A stretch of 48,753 bases of DNA. Origin: Chthoniobacter sp. (lineage in GTDB: Bacteria > Verrucomicrobiota > Verrucomicrobiia > Chthoniobacterales > Chthoniobacteraceae). The stretch spans positions 1 through 48,753 of the forward strand of contig JANOBH010000021.1 of NCBI GenBank assembly GCA_031411535.1. The letters run 5' to 3'. Shown here in pieces: positions 29,324 to 41,503 of this stretch; position 1 is the stretch's first letter, and every line of letters begins with the position of its first letter. The position numbers were made by a program, and so were the translations under genes. The notes under the pieces are model-generated. The model was not told the origin of the DNA. It did no database searches and was given only the letters and a program-made list of their open reading frames with translations.

Positions 29324-30553
29324 GTGGCATTCTCCCCGCCCGTGAAAATCCCCGAAACTCCCGCCCCGAAGCCGAGCGGGCGCTCCTACATCCCGCATGT
29401 CGTCGATCCGCTCGCGCCCTCCGGAGAGCATGACGAGAAGTTTCAGCCGCGCTACGTCGAGGTGCCCGCGCTCCGGGAGCACGGCTTTGGCCGGCGCAAT
29501 CTCGTGTGGGGCGTCGTCACGCTCGTCCTCGCGCTGCTGCTGCTGGTCGCAGCGGTCATCGTGGCGGGGCAAAAGGCCGTGCTTTCGCTCTCGGCGTGCC
29601 TCTTCACCTTCGCGGCGCTCTTCGTCCTCGCGCGACTGCACGTCTTCCGGCAGCGCAATGGCGGCTTCCTCGCGATCGGCATCGTGGTGCTCCTCGCCGC
29701 GATCATGCCGCTGCTCGACCGCGGCTATGAGACGCTTGCCGGCATCTCCCAGCCAGCCGCCGCGGTCAGCGCCGCGCCCGCGCCGCGCCCGGTGGATACC
29801 GAGCCGCCGCTGCTGACGGACTCATTTGCGCTGGCCAAGCCCGACGCCACGCAGCCGCAGGTGAAGGTCATCAAGGATTCCCGCGTGGTCATCGGAGAGA
29901 AGCCTTTCATCATCAAAACGGGCGACGTTTTTCCGCTCGTCGAGGCAAAGGGGGGAGAGGCCACATTCTCCGTGCGCGACCTCCATGTCTCCCTTCCCAT
30001 GGCCGTGGTGGAAATCCTCGGCGGCAAGCCCGGCAGGGAAAGCTCCGCAAAGGAAGCCACGCCGAAGGAGACGCGCGAATCGGCCATGGCCGCCGCCCTC
30101 GCCGCCGTCCGCGCGGCGGAAGCACCAAAGGCGGAGCAGGCCGCCAGTCCCGCGCCGGCGCCAAAGGCCGACGGCGGCACAGCCGGCGATCTCGTGGCCG
30201 TCACCCGCAGCGCGCAGATGGAGGCCATGCGCCGCTACCCGGCTCTCGCTATCAAGGATTCGATGGAAAACGAGATCTTCATCACCACCTACCGCCAGCT
30301 CCGGGAAAGCGGGAACACCGATTTTTTCCTCAATCCCGAGTGGCCGCTCGAGCTCGCCGAGAAGCTTGCCGGCCAGCATGGCTGGGCTCGCGGCGACCGT
30401 TCGGCACCCGTCGCACCGGAGGATCCCGCGTCGTCGATCGAGCCGCCCAGCGGCGACAGCGCTCCCATGGAGCCGGCCCCCGCCGGCAATGCCCCGCGGA
30501 CGCCGCAACTGCCGCCCAGTGGCGACGAGCCGCCACAGGTGCCGCGGCGGTAG
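29324..30553 (+). CDS. Hypothetical membrane protein with Ala/Pro-rich linkers
   Basis: Three TM helices, then small globular domains (EAMRRYPAL...[12 protein letters not shown]); start uncertain. Confidence 0.7.
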   Translation: MAFSPPVKIPETPAPKPSGRSYIPHVVDPLAPSGEHDEKFQPRYVEVPALREHGFGRRNLVWGVVTLVLALLLLVAAVIVAGQKAVLSLSACLFTFAALFVLARLHVFRQRNGGFLAIGIVVLLAAIMPLLDRGYETLAGISQPAAAVSAAPAPRPVDTEPPLLTDSFALAKPDATQPQVKVIKDSRVVIGEKPFIIKTGDVFPLVEAKGGEATFSVRDLHVSLPMAVVEILGGKPGRESSAKEATPKETRESAMAAALAAVRAAEAPKAEQAASPAPAPKADGGTAGDLVAVTRSAQMEAMRRYPALAIKDSMENEIFITTYRQLRESGNTDFFLNPEWPLELAEKLAGQHGWARGDRSAPVAPEDPASSIEPPSGDSAPMEPAPAGNAPRTPQLPPSGDEPPQVPRR

Positions 30554-30649
30554 AAAGCTCAAAGCTCAAATATCAAAGCTCAAAACCGCGGGATTCGCGG
30601 CGAGCAAACCACCGGGCTTTTGAGCTTTGGGCTTTGCCCTTCGAGCTTT
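30554..30649. repeat. Heptamer inverted arms (AAAGCTC / GAGCTTT)
   Basis: aaagctc-aaagctc-aaatatc-aaagctc ... gagcttt-gggcttt-gcccttc-gagcttt; fills almost the whole intergenic space. Confidence 0.85.
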
Positions 30650-30654
30650 CCCTC

Positions 30655-32469
<1,815 letters not shown>

Positions 32470-32474
32470 CGGGT

Positions 32475-32619
32475 GTCATCCTGAGCGGAGCGGAGGCGGA
32501 AAGGCGGGCGCAGCGCAGTCGAAGGACCCCGGCGATCCCGTGCGACATCGCCAGTGAATGCCGGGGTCCTTCGACTCCGTTCCGTTTGCAAAGCCAAACG
32601 GAACTCCGCTCAGGATGAC
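32475..32619. repeat. REP-like palindromic element family A, copy 3 (inverted orientation)
   Basis: Same outer and inner IRs; GGCGGAAAGGCGGGCGCAGCGC segment is the reverse complement of that in copies 1 and 2. Confidence 0.92.
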
Positions 32620-32641
32620 ACCGATTTGCAGGCGCCCCCCG

Positions 32642-33763
32642 CTACCGCTTCGCGATGATCTTCACCAGGAGCTGGCTCAGCGCGATCTTCGCTTCGAGGC
32701 CCGATGTCACGAGCTGGATGTTCGCCGCGAGGCAGGCGTCGAGCGCGGCGCGCAGCTCGGCGGCCGTGTAACGCTGGACGTGGCTGGCGGCGATTCCGAG
32801 CGAGTAGGCATTGATGCCGCCGTCCTTTTTCCGCGGCAGATGCGCGATGGCGTCCGGCGGCAGCCGCTCCAGCGTCTTGCCGAAAAAGAAGGGCTGTGCC
32901 GGGCGCTGGAGTTTGTGCCGCGCCATGAGGTCCTTCACCACCAGCAGATTTCGCACGGTCGGGATGATCGCCACGAGCAGGATGCCAATCGCCGTTTCGC
33001 CCTGGAAAAGAAGCTGGTCCAGCAGCGCCAGCGTGCGGTGCAGATTCCGCTCGGCGAGCGCGTTTCCAAGCTCGAAGACGATGCCCGCGCGCGAGAGCGG
33101 CACGAGCAGCCGCACGTCGTCCGCATGCACCTCGCGCCGCGCTGGGCCGAGGTAGAGGTCGATCTTTTCGAGCTCATTCTCGATCACGCGGCGCTCGCCG
33201 CCGGTGAAAAGCGTGAACAGCTCCAGCGCTTCCGCCGCCAGCCGCAGCCCGCGTTCGCGGGCGCTGCGCTCGACCAACTCCGCGGCGTCCTGCTCCCAGC
33301 CGCTCTTGCTCGCGTCCACCTTGTCGAAAACCTCCACCTTTCCCAGCTTCGCGAGCCCTTTGTAAAACGTGCGCCGCTTGTCCACGCCGACCGCGCTGAG
33401 GAGGAACCGCGTGCTCTCCGGCAGCCCGCTGCCGAGGGTCTCCGCGAGCTTTTCCAGCGCGTCCGTCACCGTCTCCGATCGGCCCGTCGGGTCATCGGCG
33501 AGAAAGCTCGCGCTCTTCAGCCACACGAGTTTTTCCCCGCCGAAAAACGGGAACGTCAGCAGCGCCTCGATCGTCTGGTGGATGCGCCCGGCTGCAGCGT
33601 CCGCATTGTCCGCCACGCCGTCGATCACGTCGCAGGCAAAGTCGCCGCCGCCCGCCGGAGTCATCGCGTCCGCCCGCTCGCGCGCCACGCGTTTCACCTC
33701 GCTCTCGTCCGAGCCGAGCACCGCGCAGATCTGCGCCTGAGCCGTGGCCTTTGTCGCGGCCAT
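32642..33763 (-). CDS. holA: DNA polymerase III subunit delta
   Basis: VLGSDE, LLTFPFFGGEKLV, VDKRRTFYK, IENELEKIDLY, VFELGNAL. Confidence 0.9.
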   Translation of the reverse strand: MAATKATAQAQICAVLGSDESEVKRVARERADAMTPAGGGDFACDVIDGVADNADAAAGRIHQTIEALLTFPFFGGEKLVWLKSASFLADDPTGRSETVTDALEKLAETLGSGLPESTRFLLSAVGVDKRRTFYKGLAKLGKVEVFDKVDASKSGWEQDAAELVERSARERGLRLAAEALELFTLFTGGERRVIENELEKIDLYLGPARREVHADDVRLLVPLSRAGIVFELGNALAERNLHRTLALLDQLLFQGETAIGILLVAIIPTVRNLLVVKDLMARHKLQRPAQPFFFGKTLERLPPDAIAHLPRKKDGGINAYSLGIAASHVQRYTAAELRAALDACLAANIQLVTSGLEAKIALSQLLVKIIAKR

Positions 33764-33789
33764 CCTAGGCTCGCCGCCTCCGGGTGCGG

Positions 33790-34713
33790 TCAGTCTTGCT
33801 GCGATGCGCCATTTTCATGAATGGCGTAAGGCTTAAACTCCCGCTCCAGCGCGTCCAAGTTGATAAATCGCGCGCCGAAGCCTTTCGAGAGCGCCGTGTC
33901 GAAACGGTTGCCCTTTGACATCGCCTCGAAGAACGCGCCGAACCCGCGCTTGTCCGTCGCGGTCAGAAAACGCACGAGCCGTTCGGACTCGCTGTAGAAG
34001 ATGCCGACCTGCGCCGGATCCTGCGGATACGCGAGCAGCGCGGTGAGCTGTGCCACCGGCAGGAACATCCCCGCCGGCACCCCGCGCGAGGTCGGCCGCG
34101 CCGCGTAACCGCGCGCCCGGTTGAACGCCGCGTAGCAGCGCGACGCCGAGTATTCCGCGTAGCCTTCATTCAGCCACAGCGGCACGCCCCCACCGAAAAA
34201 ACGCTCGACCACCAGATGCGTCACCTCGTGCCCCAGCGTGCTGCCCTTCCATTTCACCTGCGGGTCGCGCTGGATGAAAAGCGATCCCGCCGCGTGGATG
34301 CCGCCGGTCCACGGATCGAGCGCCCCGCGTTTCTGAAACTCGGCCCAATCCGCTGGGTTCTCGAAGATGTAGATGTGGCATTTCCGCTCCCACTGCGTCG
34401 TGTCTTTTTCCAGCTCCTTCGCGATCACCCGGTAGTAAAACTCGGCCTCCACCGACACCGGCGCTGCGATGAAGCTGTGGAAAAAGTGATACACGAAATT
34501 CGCCGTCTCCGCGTGCTTCCATTCGCCCGCGCGGATGCCGAGCGCCGCCTGACCAAGCGGCGTCAGCGCCCGGTCCGAGAGCTGCGCGAGCGTGAGTTCC
34601 GGTAGCGCGCCATTCGCAGGCTCCTCCGTCGCCGCGGCGGAAAACTGCGCGCACAGCAGGATGCCGAGCGCCGCGAGGAGCAGGCGAGGGGAGCGGACTT
34701 GGCGAAAGGGCAT
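33790..34713 (-). CDS. Secreted gluzincin-type metallopeptidase-like protein (peptidase MA/DUF1570-like)
   Basis: Signal peptide; TLGHEVTHL (HExxH) and PLWLNEGYAEY; FYSESERLVRFL. Confidence 0.75.
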   Translation of the reverse strand: MPFRQVRSPRLLLAALGILLCAQFSAAATEEPANGALPELTLAQLSDRALTPLGQAALGIRAGEWKHAETANFVYHFFHSFIAAPVSVEAEFYYRVIAKELEKDTTQWERKCHIYIFENPADWAEFQKRGALDPWTGGIHAAGSLFIQRDPQVKWKGSTLGHEVTHLVVERFFGGGVPLWLNEGYAEYSASRCYAAFNRARGYAARPTSRGVPAGMFLPVAQLTALLAYPQDPAQVGIFYSESERLVRFLTATDKRGFGAFFEAMSKGNRFDTALSKGFGARFINLDALEREFKPYAIHENGASQQD

Positions 34714-34825
34714 GCCGCCCACCCAATGCAGCCCGCGTGCCGGGAGCGCCTTCTGGGTGCGGCGTGTTTCGCCCTCCGCAACCCACCGCTGGCGTGCGCC
34801 CGGCAACCGTGATACAGGCCGCGGC

Positions 34826-37303
34826 ATGAGCGACCTCCCCTCCAGTCCTTCCGCCGCTGGAAATGCTTCCGGCCAGTCCACCGCATCCACCGCCGCCGCA
34901 GGGGCCGTCGCCAGTTCGCCCGGCGAGCATCGGCCCGCCAAGCCGGCGCTGACCACGGCCGGCGAGGTGATGCTCTGGCTTTTCGGCATCATCCTGCCGG
35001 CGTGCACCATCGGCTTGGAAGCCACGTATCATTGGTGCGCGGAGGCGCTGTTCGATCCCATCCCGTCCTGGTGGCATCTCTTTCTCTCCGCGCTCGTCCC
35101 CACCGCGAATCTCTCCGCGTGGTTCGCCATCGTGCGTCGGAGGAACGCATGGCTGCCGCGCATCTCGCAGCTAAATGCCTTCGCGCTCGGCGTCAGCGCC
35201 GTCTGGGTGGCCATGTTTCTCCCGATCACTCCATTCGCCGTTGTTGGCCTGATGATCTACGGCTTCGGCCTGCTGCCGCTCACGCCGCTGATTTCATTCT
35301 TCATGCTCACGCGCGCACGCGGAGCGCTCCGGCGCGGCCACATCGCGCCCACGCCGCTCCCCAAAGTCTGGATCGGTTTCGCCGCCGGCGTCCTCGCGCT
35401 CGTGCTGCCGCAGATGCACGATCTCGCCACGGACGAAATGCTCAGCATGGCCGCGAGCAAAGACACCGCGACCAGCCGACGCGGCGTCACGCTGCTGCGC
35501 GCGGTCGGCTCGCGCGACAGCCTCCTCCGCTCCTGCTACGTCACGAACGACTGGGGCCGTTTCATGGGTGGATTCATGGGCGGACTTTTCGGCATCCGCC
35601 AGTCGGGCCGCGGCGTCGCGGCGGAGGACGCGCGCACGATTTTCTACCGCGTCACCGGCGAGCCGTTCAATTCGCGCCCTGCTCCCGCCTCGGTCTCGAT
35701 GCCGGGCCGCGGCGGGCGCGGGATGTGGAATTTCGACAGCGACCTCGGCGGCACAAAGGTCGCCAGCAGGGTCCCGGGCCTCTCGATGACCAGCTCGCGG
35801 CTCGACGGAAAGGTCGAGGCCGCGGCGGGCACGAGCTACACGGAGTGGACGATGGTTTTCAAAAACATCGCGCGCAACCAAAGCGAGGCGCGCGCGCAGA
35901 TCGAGCTGCCGCCCGGCGCGGTCGTCTCGCGGCTCACGCTGTGGATCGACGGCGAGCCGCGCGAGGCGGCGTTCGGCGGGCGCGGCCAGGTGCGCGCTGC
36001 ATATCAGGAAGTCGCCGTGCAGCAGAGGCGCGACCCGGTGCTCGTCACGACCAGCGGGCCGGATCGCGTGCTCATGCAGTGCTTCCCCGTGCCGCCGAAT
36101 GGCGGCGAGATGAAAGTGCGCGTCGGCATCACCGCGCCGCTGCGGCTGACGGGCGAGCACGCGGGCAGGGTGCTGCTGCCACGGTTTCTGGAGACGAATT
36201 TCGAGCAGGGCCCGGACTTCGCGCACGACGTGTGGATCGAATCCGACACCCCGCTCAGCGGCGGGGGCCAGACCGCCAAGCTCCGGCTCCGCGACGACGA
36301 ACTGCGCAGCGCGCCGGGCTTTGACGCCAGCCTGCCGGAGCCTGCGGGCGAGCGCTGGGTGGACGATCCCACGGATCCGGCGTTCGTCATTCGCCAGACC
36401 GTGCGCCGCGCCGCCGTCACCGGGCCGAGACGCGTGATCCTCGTCGTCGATGGATCGAAAGCGATGGCATCCGAGCTGCCGGTCATCGCCGACGCATTGC
36501 GAAAGATGCCCGTCGGCCGGGACTTCGCGGTCGTATTTGCCGGCGACGAGCTGGAGGTCGTGGAAGCCGGGCGCGATGTAGCGACGATCGCCGCCGCAAT
36601 GCGAAAACGGAAAGCCACCGGCGGACGCGACAACCTCCCCGCGCTCGAACGCGCCTGGGATCTCGCCGCCACGGAGCCCGGCGGCGCGGTCGTCTGGCTG
36701 CACGGCCCGCAGCCCGTGCTGCTCAGCAGTCCCGAGCGGCTGCTCCAGCGCACCGAGCGCGAGCGCACCCCGCCGCTGATCTACGACATCGCCATCGCCG
36801 CGGGGCCGAATCGGGTCATCGAGCAATTGGACCGCTTCCGCGGCATCCGCACCGTGCGCGACGGCGCCACGCTCGCCGCGAAACTCGACCACCTCCTCGC
36901 CCTCTGGCGCGGGGACGCGGCGGAGTTCACCCTCGTCCGCGAGCGCGTGCCGCGCGCGGAAGCGACGGGTTCCGTCACCGAAGGGCGCAGCCACATTTCA
37001 CGCCTCTGGGGCCTCACCGAAGTCGAGCGCCTCGCCGCCTCGTCCGATGCCGGAGCCGCGGATCGCGCGGTGAAACTCGCGCTCGCCCTCCAACTTGTGA
37101 CCCCCGTCAGCGGAGCCGTGGTGCTGGAGCGCAAAGAGCAGTACGACCGCCACGGCCTCACGCCCGCCGATCCGAACAGCGTCCCCACCATCCCCGAGCC
37201 CGCCACCGCCATCCTCGCGCTCCTCGGCGGCGGCGCGCTGCTCCTGCGGCGACGCCGCAAAGCAGCTTGGACTTCAGTCCAAACACCGCGCCGTTTGGAC
37301 TGA
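34826..37303 (+). CDS. PEP-CTERM integral membrane protein with VIT and vWA-like domains
   Basis: About 5 N-terminal TM helices; VIT (YTEWTMVFKN...EARAQIELPPGAVVSRLTLWIDGEPREA...RRDPVLV); ILVVDGS; LVTPVSGAVVLE; IPEP-TM-RRRRK. Confidence 0.88.
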   Translation: MSDLPSSPSAAGNASGQSTASTAAAGAVASSPGEHRPAKPALTTAGEVMLWLFGIILPACTIGLEATYHWCAEALFDPIPSWWHLFLSALVPTANLSAWFAIVRRRNAWLPRISQLNAFALGVSAVWVAMFLPITPFAVVGLMIYGFGLLPLTPLISFFMLTRARGALRRGHIAPTPLPKVWIGFAAGVLALVLPQMHDLATDEMLSMAASKDTATSRRGVTLLRAVGSRDSLLRSCYVTNDWGRFMGGFMGGLFGIRQSGRGVAAEDARTIFYRVTGEPFNSRPAPASVSMPGRGGRGMWNFDSDLGGTKVASRVPGLSMTSSRLDGKVEAAAGTSYTEWTMVFKNIARNQSEARAQIELPPGAVVSRLTLWIDGEPREAAFGGRGQVRAAYQEVAVQQRRDPVLVTTSGPDRVLMQCFPVPPNGGEMKVRVGITAPLRLTGEHAGRVLLPRFLETNFEQGPDFAHDVWIESDTPLSGGGQTAKLRLRDDELRSAPGFDASLPEPAGERWVDDPTDPAFVIRQTVRRAAVTGPRRVILVVDGSKAMASELPVIADALRKMPVGRDFAVVFAGDELEVVEAGRDVATIAAAMRKRKATGGRDNLPALERAWDLAATEPGGAVVWLHGPQPVLLSSPERLLQRTERERTPPLIYDIAIAAGPNRVIEQLDRFRGIRTVRDGATLAAKLDHLLALWRGDAAEFTLVRERVPRAEATGSVTEGRSHISRLWGLTEVERLAASSDAGAADRAVKLALALQLVTPVSGAVVLERKEQYDRHGLTPADPNSVPTIPEPATAILALLGGGALLLRRRRKAAWTSVQTPRRLD

Positions 37304-37318
37304 AGTTTAAGCTGCTTT
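37259..37318. repeat. REP-like palindrome family B, copy 3
   Basis: AAAGCAGCTTGGACTTCAGTCCAAAC...GTTTGGACTGAAGTTTAAGCTGCTTT. Confidence 0.85.
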
Positions 37319-37367
37319 GCGCGCGCTCCCGTTTGCCCCGGGTGCCGTCCGCCGCTACATCTGCCGG

Positions 37368-39548
37368 ATGCCTTTTGAACTCGCCTCCGACTACTCCCCC
37401 CAGGGCGACCAGGCGCAGGCGATTGCCAAGCTGACGAAGTCCATCCTCGCCGGAAACCGCCACCAGACGCTCCTCGGCGTCACCGGCTCGGGCAAGACCT
37501 TCACCGCCGCGAACGTGCTGCGAAACGTGGGTAGACCCACGCTCGTGATGTCGCACAACAAGACGCTCGCCGCGCAGCTCTACTCCGAGTTCAAGCAGTT
37601 CTTCCCGAACAACGCCGTCGAGTATTTCGTCAGCTACTTCGATTACTACCAGCCCGAGGCCTACATCCCGCGCTCGGACACCTACATCGAGAAGGATTCC
37701 TCGATCAACGAGGAGATAGAGCGCCTGCGCCTTTCCACCACCTCATCGCTGCTCTCGCGCAAAGACGTGATCGTCATCGCCAGCGTCTCCTGCATCTACG
37801 GCCTCGGCTCGCCCGAGGACTACATGAACATGCTGCTCACCGTGAAAGTGGGCCAGCAGATCAGCCGCGAGGGCGTGCTCGCGAAGCTCGTGGACATGCT
37901 CTACGAGCGGAACGACATCGCCTTCGAGCGCGGCCGTTTCCGCGTCCGCGGCGATGTGGTGGAAGTGCGCCCGGCCAACCTCGACGAGATCGGCATCCGC
38001 ATGGAGTTCTTCGGCGACGAAATCGACCGCATCACCCGCTTCGACCCGCTCACCGGCCACACGCTCGACCAGCTCACGATGGTCACGCTCTACCCCGCGA
38101 AGCAGTTCGTGACGCCCTTCGACAAGCTGCAAAAGGCCCAGCGCACCATCCGCGCGGAGATGGAGGAGCGCGTCATCCACTTTGAAAAGCACGGCCATCT
38201 GCTGGAGGCGCAGCGCATCAAGATGCGCACCGAGTACGACCTCGAAATGATGCAGGAGATGGGCTTCTGCTCGGGGATCGAAAACTACTCGCGCCATCTC
38301 AGCGGACGCCCGCCCGGCTCGCGCCCCTTCACGCTGCTCGATTTTTTCCCGCGCGACTTCCTTCTCATCATTGATGAAAGCCACGCCAGCGTCCCGCAGA
38401 TCGGCGGCATGTACGAGGGCGACCGCTCGCGCAAAAACACGCTCGTCGAATACGGTTTCCGCCTCCCCAGCGCGCTCGACAACCGCCCGCTGAAGTTCCC
38501 CGAGTTCATGGATCTCACCGGCCAGATCCTCTACATCAGCGCCACGCCAGCCGAGTTTGAGATCAAGAACTCAACCGTCGGCAACACCGGCTACATCCCC
38601 AAGCGCGACAAAAACGCGCCCGACGAAGACATCCCCGTCGCCGCGCTGCCCGCGAAGCTTTCCCGCACCGACACGCCGGTCGAGCAATTCGACACGCACA
38701 CGCCCGGCGCACCGCTCGTCGTCGAGCAGATCATCCGCCCCACCGGCCTGCTCGATCCGAAGATCACCATCCTCCCGCTCAAGAACCAGATCGACGACAC
38801 CCTCGAACTCTGCCGCCAGCGCGTGGAGAAAAACGAGCGCGTCCTCATCACCACGCTGACCAAGCGCACCGCCGAGGATCTCTCCGACTACCTCAAGGAC
38901 GTGGGCCTCAAAGTCCGCTACCTGCACAGCGACATCGACACCATCGAGCGGGTCGAGATTCTTCGCGCCCTGCGCGCTGCGGAGTTCGACATCCTCGTCG
39001 GCATCAATCTCCTCCGCGAAGGTCTCGACCTCCCCGAGGTCTCCCTCGTCTGCATCCTCGACGCCGACAAGGAAGGCTACCTCCGCTCGCAGACCTCGCT
39101 CATCCAAACCGCTGGCCGCGCCGCGCGCCATGTGAATGGCGAGGTCTATCTCTTCGCCGACATCGTCACCAAAAGCATGCAGGCGCTCATGGCCATCACC
39201 GACTACCGCCGCACGCGCCAGATCGCCTACAACGACGCGCATGGCATCACCCCGCGTAGCGTCCAGCGCGCCGTGCAGGCGAGCCTGCACACCCTGCTCA
39301 AAGCCCGCGAAGTCGAGGCAAGCGTCATCAGCGAAGGCGGCGGCAACTTCTCCCTCAGCGAGACCCTCCGCGAACTCGAAGCCGAGATGCTCACCGCATC
39401 CGGCAATCTCGAGTACGAAAAAGCCGCCCTCCTCCGCGACCAGATCGCCGAACTCAAGGCCGGCACCGGCATCTCCAAGATCGAGCCCAAGCGCCAGCCC
39501 GTGAAGTACGGCGCGAAGAAATCCCGCGCCCCGAAAGCCCGCGCTTAG
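37368..39548 (+). CDS. uvrB: Excinuclease ABC subunit B
   Basis: LLGVTGSGKTFT, YFVSYFDYYQPEAY, IDESH, GINLLREGLDLPEVS, QTAGRAARH, C-terminal UVR domain. Confidence 0.98.
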   Translation: MPFELASDYSPQGDQAQAIAKLTKSILAGNRHQTLLGVTGSGKTFTAANVLRNVGRPTLVMSHNKTLAAQLYSEFKQFFPNNAVEYFVSYFDYYQPEAYIPRSDTYIEKDSSINEEIERLRLSTTSSLLSRKDVIVIASVSCIYGLGSPEDYMNMLLTVKVGQQISREGVLAKLVDMLYERNDIAFERGRFRVRGDVVEVRPANLDEIGIRMEFFGDEIDRITRFDPLTGHTLDQLTMVTLYPAKQFVTPFDKLQKAQRTIRAEMEERVIHFEKHGHLLEAQRIKMRTEYDLEMMQEMGFCSGIENYSRHLSGRPPGSRPFTLLDFFPRDFLLIIDESHASVPQIGGMYEGDRSRKNTLVEYGFRLPSALDNRPLKFPEFMDLTGQILYISATPAEFEIKNSTVGNTGYIPKRDKNAPDEDIPVAALPAKLSRTDTPVEQFDTHTPGAPLVVEQIIRPTGLLDPKITILPLKNQIDDTLELCRQRVEKNERVLITTLTKRTAEDLSDYLKDVGLKVRYLHSDIDTIERVEILRALRAAEFDILVGINLLREGLDLPEVSLVCILDADKEGYLRSQTSLIQTAGRAARHVNGEVYLFADIVTKSMQALMAITDYRRTRQIAYNDAHGITPRSVQRAVQASLHTLLKAREVEASVISEGGGNFSLSETLRELEAEMLTASGNLEYEKAALLRDQIAELKAGTGISKIEPKRQPVKYGAKKSRAPKARA

Positions 39549-39556
39549 GCCAATAT

Positions 39557-39659
39557 CGGAGGGACGCGCTCCTGCGCGTCCGAAACTTGAGATGGCGCGT
39601 CCGCCTGCGTGCGACGCGTCCTCCGCGATGTTACGGACGCGCAGGAGCGCGTCCCTCCG
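39557..39659. repeat. REP-like palindrome family E, copy 1
   Basis: Perfect 26-bp IR CGGAGGGACGCGCTCCTGCGCGTCCG...CGGACGCGCAGGAGCGCGTCCCTCCG between convergent uvrB and deaD. Confidence 0.9.
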
Positions 39660-39679
39660 GTTGGGCGCCTGATTTTTCT

Positions 39680-41452
39680 CTACTGCGCTACGGCGACGGC
39701 GAGCTTGTGGCCCTTGAATTTGATCCCGTTGAGCTTCTTCAAAATGAAGTTTGCGCTCTCGTCGGTCACATCGACGAAGGTCTGGCGCGGGCCGATGTCG
39801 ATGCGGCCCACGACTTCTTTCGGCAGCCGCGTGGTGCCGGCGATGACGCCGACGAAATCGCCGGGAGCGACCTGCTGGTCGTGGCCGAGATTGAAACTCA
39901 GGCGCACCATGCCGGTCTCGTGGGAGACGGGAGAAATGGGCCGGGTCTCGCCGGTCGGTTTGCGAAAGGTCTGTTTGCCGGAGCGGAAAGCGGTGGGCTC
40001 CTGATCGCGGCGTGGCGGCTCGCGGCGTTCGACCGGGCGGGAGACGGGGTCGTATTTCGGATACTCGCGCGGCGTGCGGGACTCAAAACCACGGTCTCCG
40101 CGCTGCTCGCGGAATTCACGCCGCGCCGGCTGCTGCTCCTCGACGATCGGCTGCGGCGCGGGCTTGTCCCCGCCAAGCAGGTGCAGCAGCGCGCTGGCGA
40201 TGTCGGTGGCGGAGTTTCCTGCGCCGAGCAACTGGTCGATCAGTTCGTCCTGCCGCTTGTATTCGCCCTTTTCCAGCGTCTCGCGCAGCGTCTCGACAAA
40301 GGCGCTGGTGCGCTTCTGCTCCACCTCCTCGGCGGACGGCACTTTCTCCCGGCGCACCTTCCCTTTCGTGAAGCGGATGATCTGCTGCATCTTCCAAATC
40401 TCGCGCCCGGCCACGAAGGTGATCGCGCGCCCCGTTTTCCCCGCGCGACCCGTGCGGCCGATGCGGTGGACGTAGTCCTCGGCGTCCTGCGGCAGGTCGT
40501 AGTTGAAGACCACCTCGATGTCGTCCACGTCCAGCCCGCGGGCCGCCACGTCGGTGGCCACGAGGAACTCAAAGCCGCGCTTGCGGAACTTTGCGACCAC
40601 GCGCTCCCGCATCTGCTGCGAGATGTCGCCGTGCAGCTTGTCGGAGCTGTAGCCGCGCGCCTTGAGATGGTCGGCGAGCTCGTCGCACATCATTTTCGTG
40701 CCACAGAAAATGATCCCGTATTTGATGTCCTGAATGTCGATCAGCCGGCAGAGCACCTCGAGTTTCGAGCGGCGGTCCACTTCGTAGTAAACCTGCTCGA
40801 TCGCGGGGACGACCATCTCCTGCGCCTCGATGCGCACATTCACCGGCTCCCGCGTGAAGTGCTTGATCAGCGCGCGGATCGGCGGCGGCATCGTCGCGGA
40901 GAAGAACACGGTCTGCCGCTCGACGGGCGCCTGCTTGAGCACCGTCTCGATGTCCTCGCGAAAGCCCATGTCGAGCATCCGGTCGGCCTCGTCGAGGATC
41001 ACCATTTTCACCGCGTCGAGCTTGAGCGTTTTGCGTTCGAGGTGGTCCATCACGCGGCCCGGTGTGCCGATGATGATCTGCGCGCCCTCGCGGAGCCCGC
41101 GGAGCTGGCGGTCGTAGCTTTGCCCGCCGTAGATCGGCAGCTCGCGCACACCGCGTTTGAACTGGGCGAGCTTCGCGACCTCCTCGGCGACCTGCATCGC
41201 CAGCTCGCGGGTGGGACAGAGGATGAGCACCTGCGGGGCGCGCAGGCTGGCATCCACCTTCTCGATGGCCGGGAGTGCAAAGGCAGCGGTCTTGCCGGAG
41301 CCGGTCTGGGAAAGTCCGACGACATCCTTGCCTTCGAGAAGGAAGGGAATGGTCTCTGACTGGATCGGCGACGCCTCCTCAAAACCCATCTTGGCGACTG
41401 CCTTGAGCAGCTCAGGGGAAAGGCCGAGCTCGGTAAATAGTTTCTTCTGCAT
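39680..41452 (-). CDS. deaD: DEAD-box RNA helicase with C-terminal DbpA RNA-binding domain (DeaD/CsdA-like)
   Basis: Q motif, SQTGSGKT, PTRELA, DEAD, SAT, ARGLD, HRIGRTGR; NLGHDQQVAPGDFVGVI. Confidence 0.9.
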   Translation of the reverse strand: MQKKLFTELGLSPELLKAVAKMGFEEASPIQSETIPFLLEGKDVVGLSQTGSGKTAAFALPAIEKVDASLRAPQVLILCPTRELAMQVAEEVAKLAQFKRGVRELPIYGGQSYDRQLRGLREGAQIIIGTPGRVMDHLERKTLKLDAVKMVILDEADRMLDMGFREDIETVLKQAPVERQTVFFSATMPPPIRALIKHFTREPVNVRIEAQEMVVPAIEQVYYEVDRRSKLEVLCRLIDIQDIKYGIIFCGTKMMCDELADHLKARGYSSDKLHGDISQQMRERVVAKFRKRGFEFLVATDVAARGLDVDDIEVVFNYDLPQDAEDYVHRIGRTGRAGKTGRAITFVAGREIWKMQQIIRFTKGKVRREKVPSAEEVEQKRTSAFVETLRETLEKGEYKRQDELIDQLLGAGNSATDIASALLHLLGGDKPAPQPIVEEQQPARREFREQRGDRGFESRTPREYPKYDPVSRPVERREPPRRDQEPTAFRSGKQTFRKPTGETRPISPVSHETGMVRLSFNLGHDQQVAPGDFVGVIAGTTRLPKEVVGRIDIGPRQTFVDVTDESANFILKKLNGIKFKGHKLAVAVAQ

Positions 41453-41503
41453 CGCGGCTTCTAGCCTGCGAAAGCGGCGGGTGCGAATGGAATCTCCCGC
41501 AAT

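Noticed and set aside
38574-38717. Intein in UvrB
   Set aside because: Too short and lacks the C-terminal His-Asn followed by Cys/Ser/Thr
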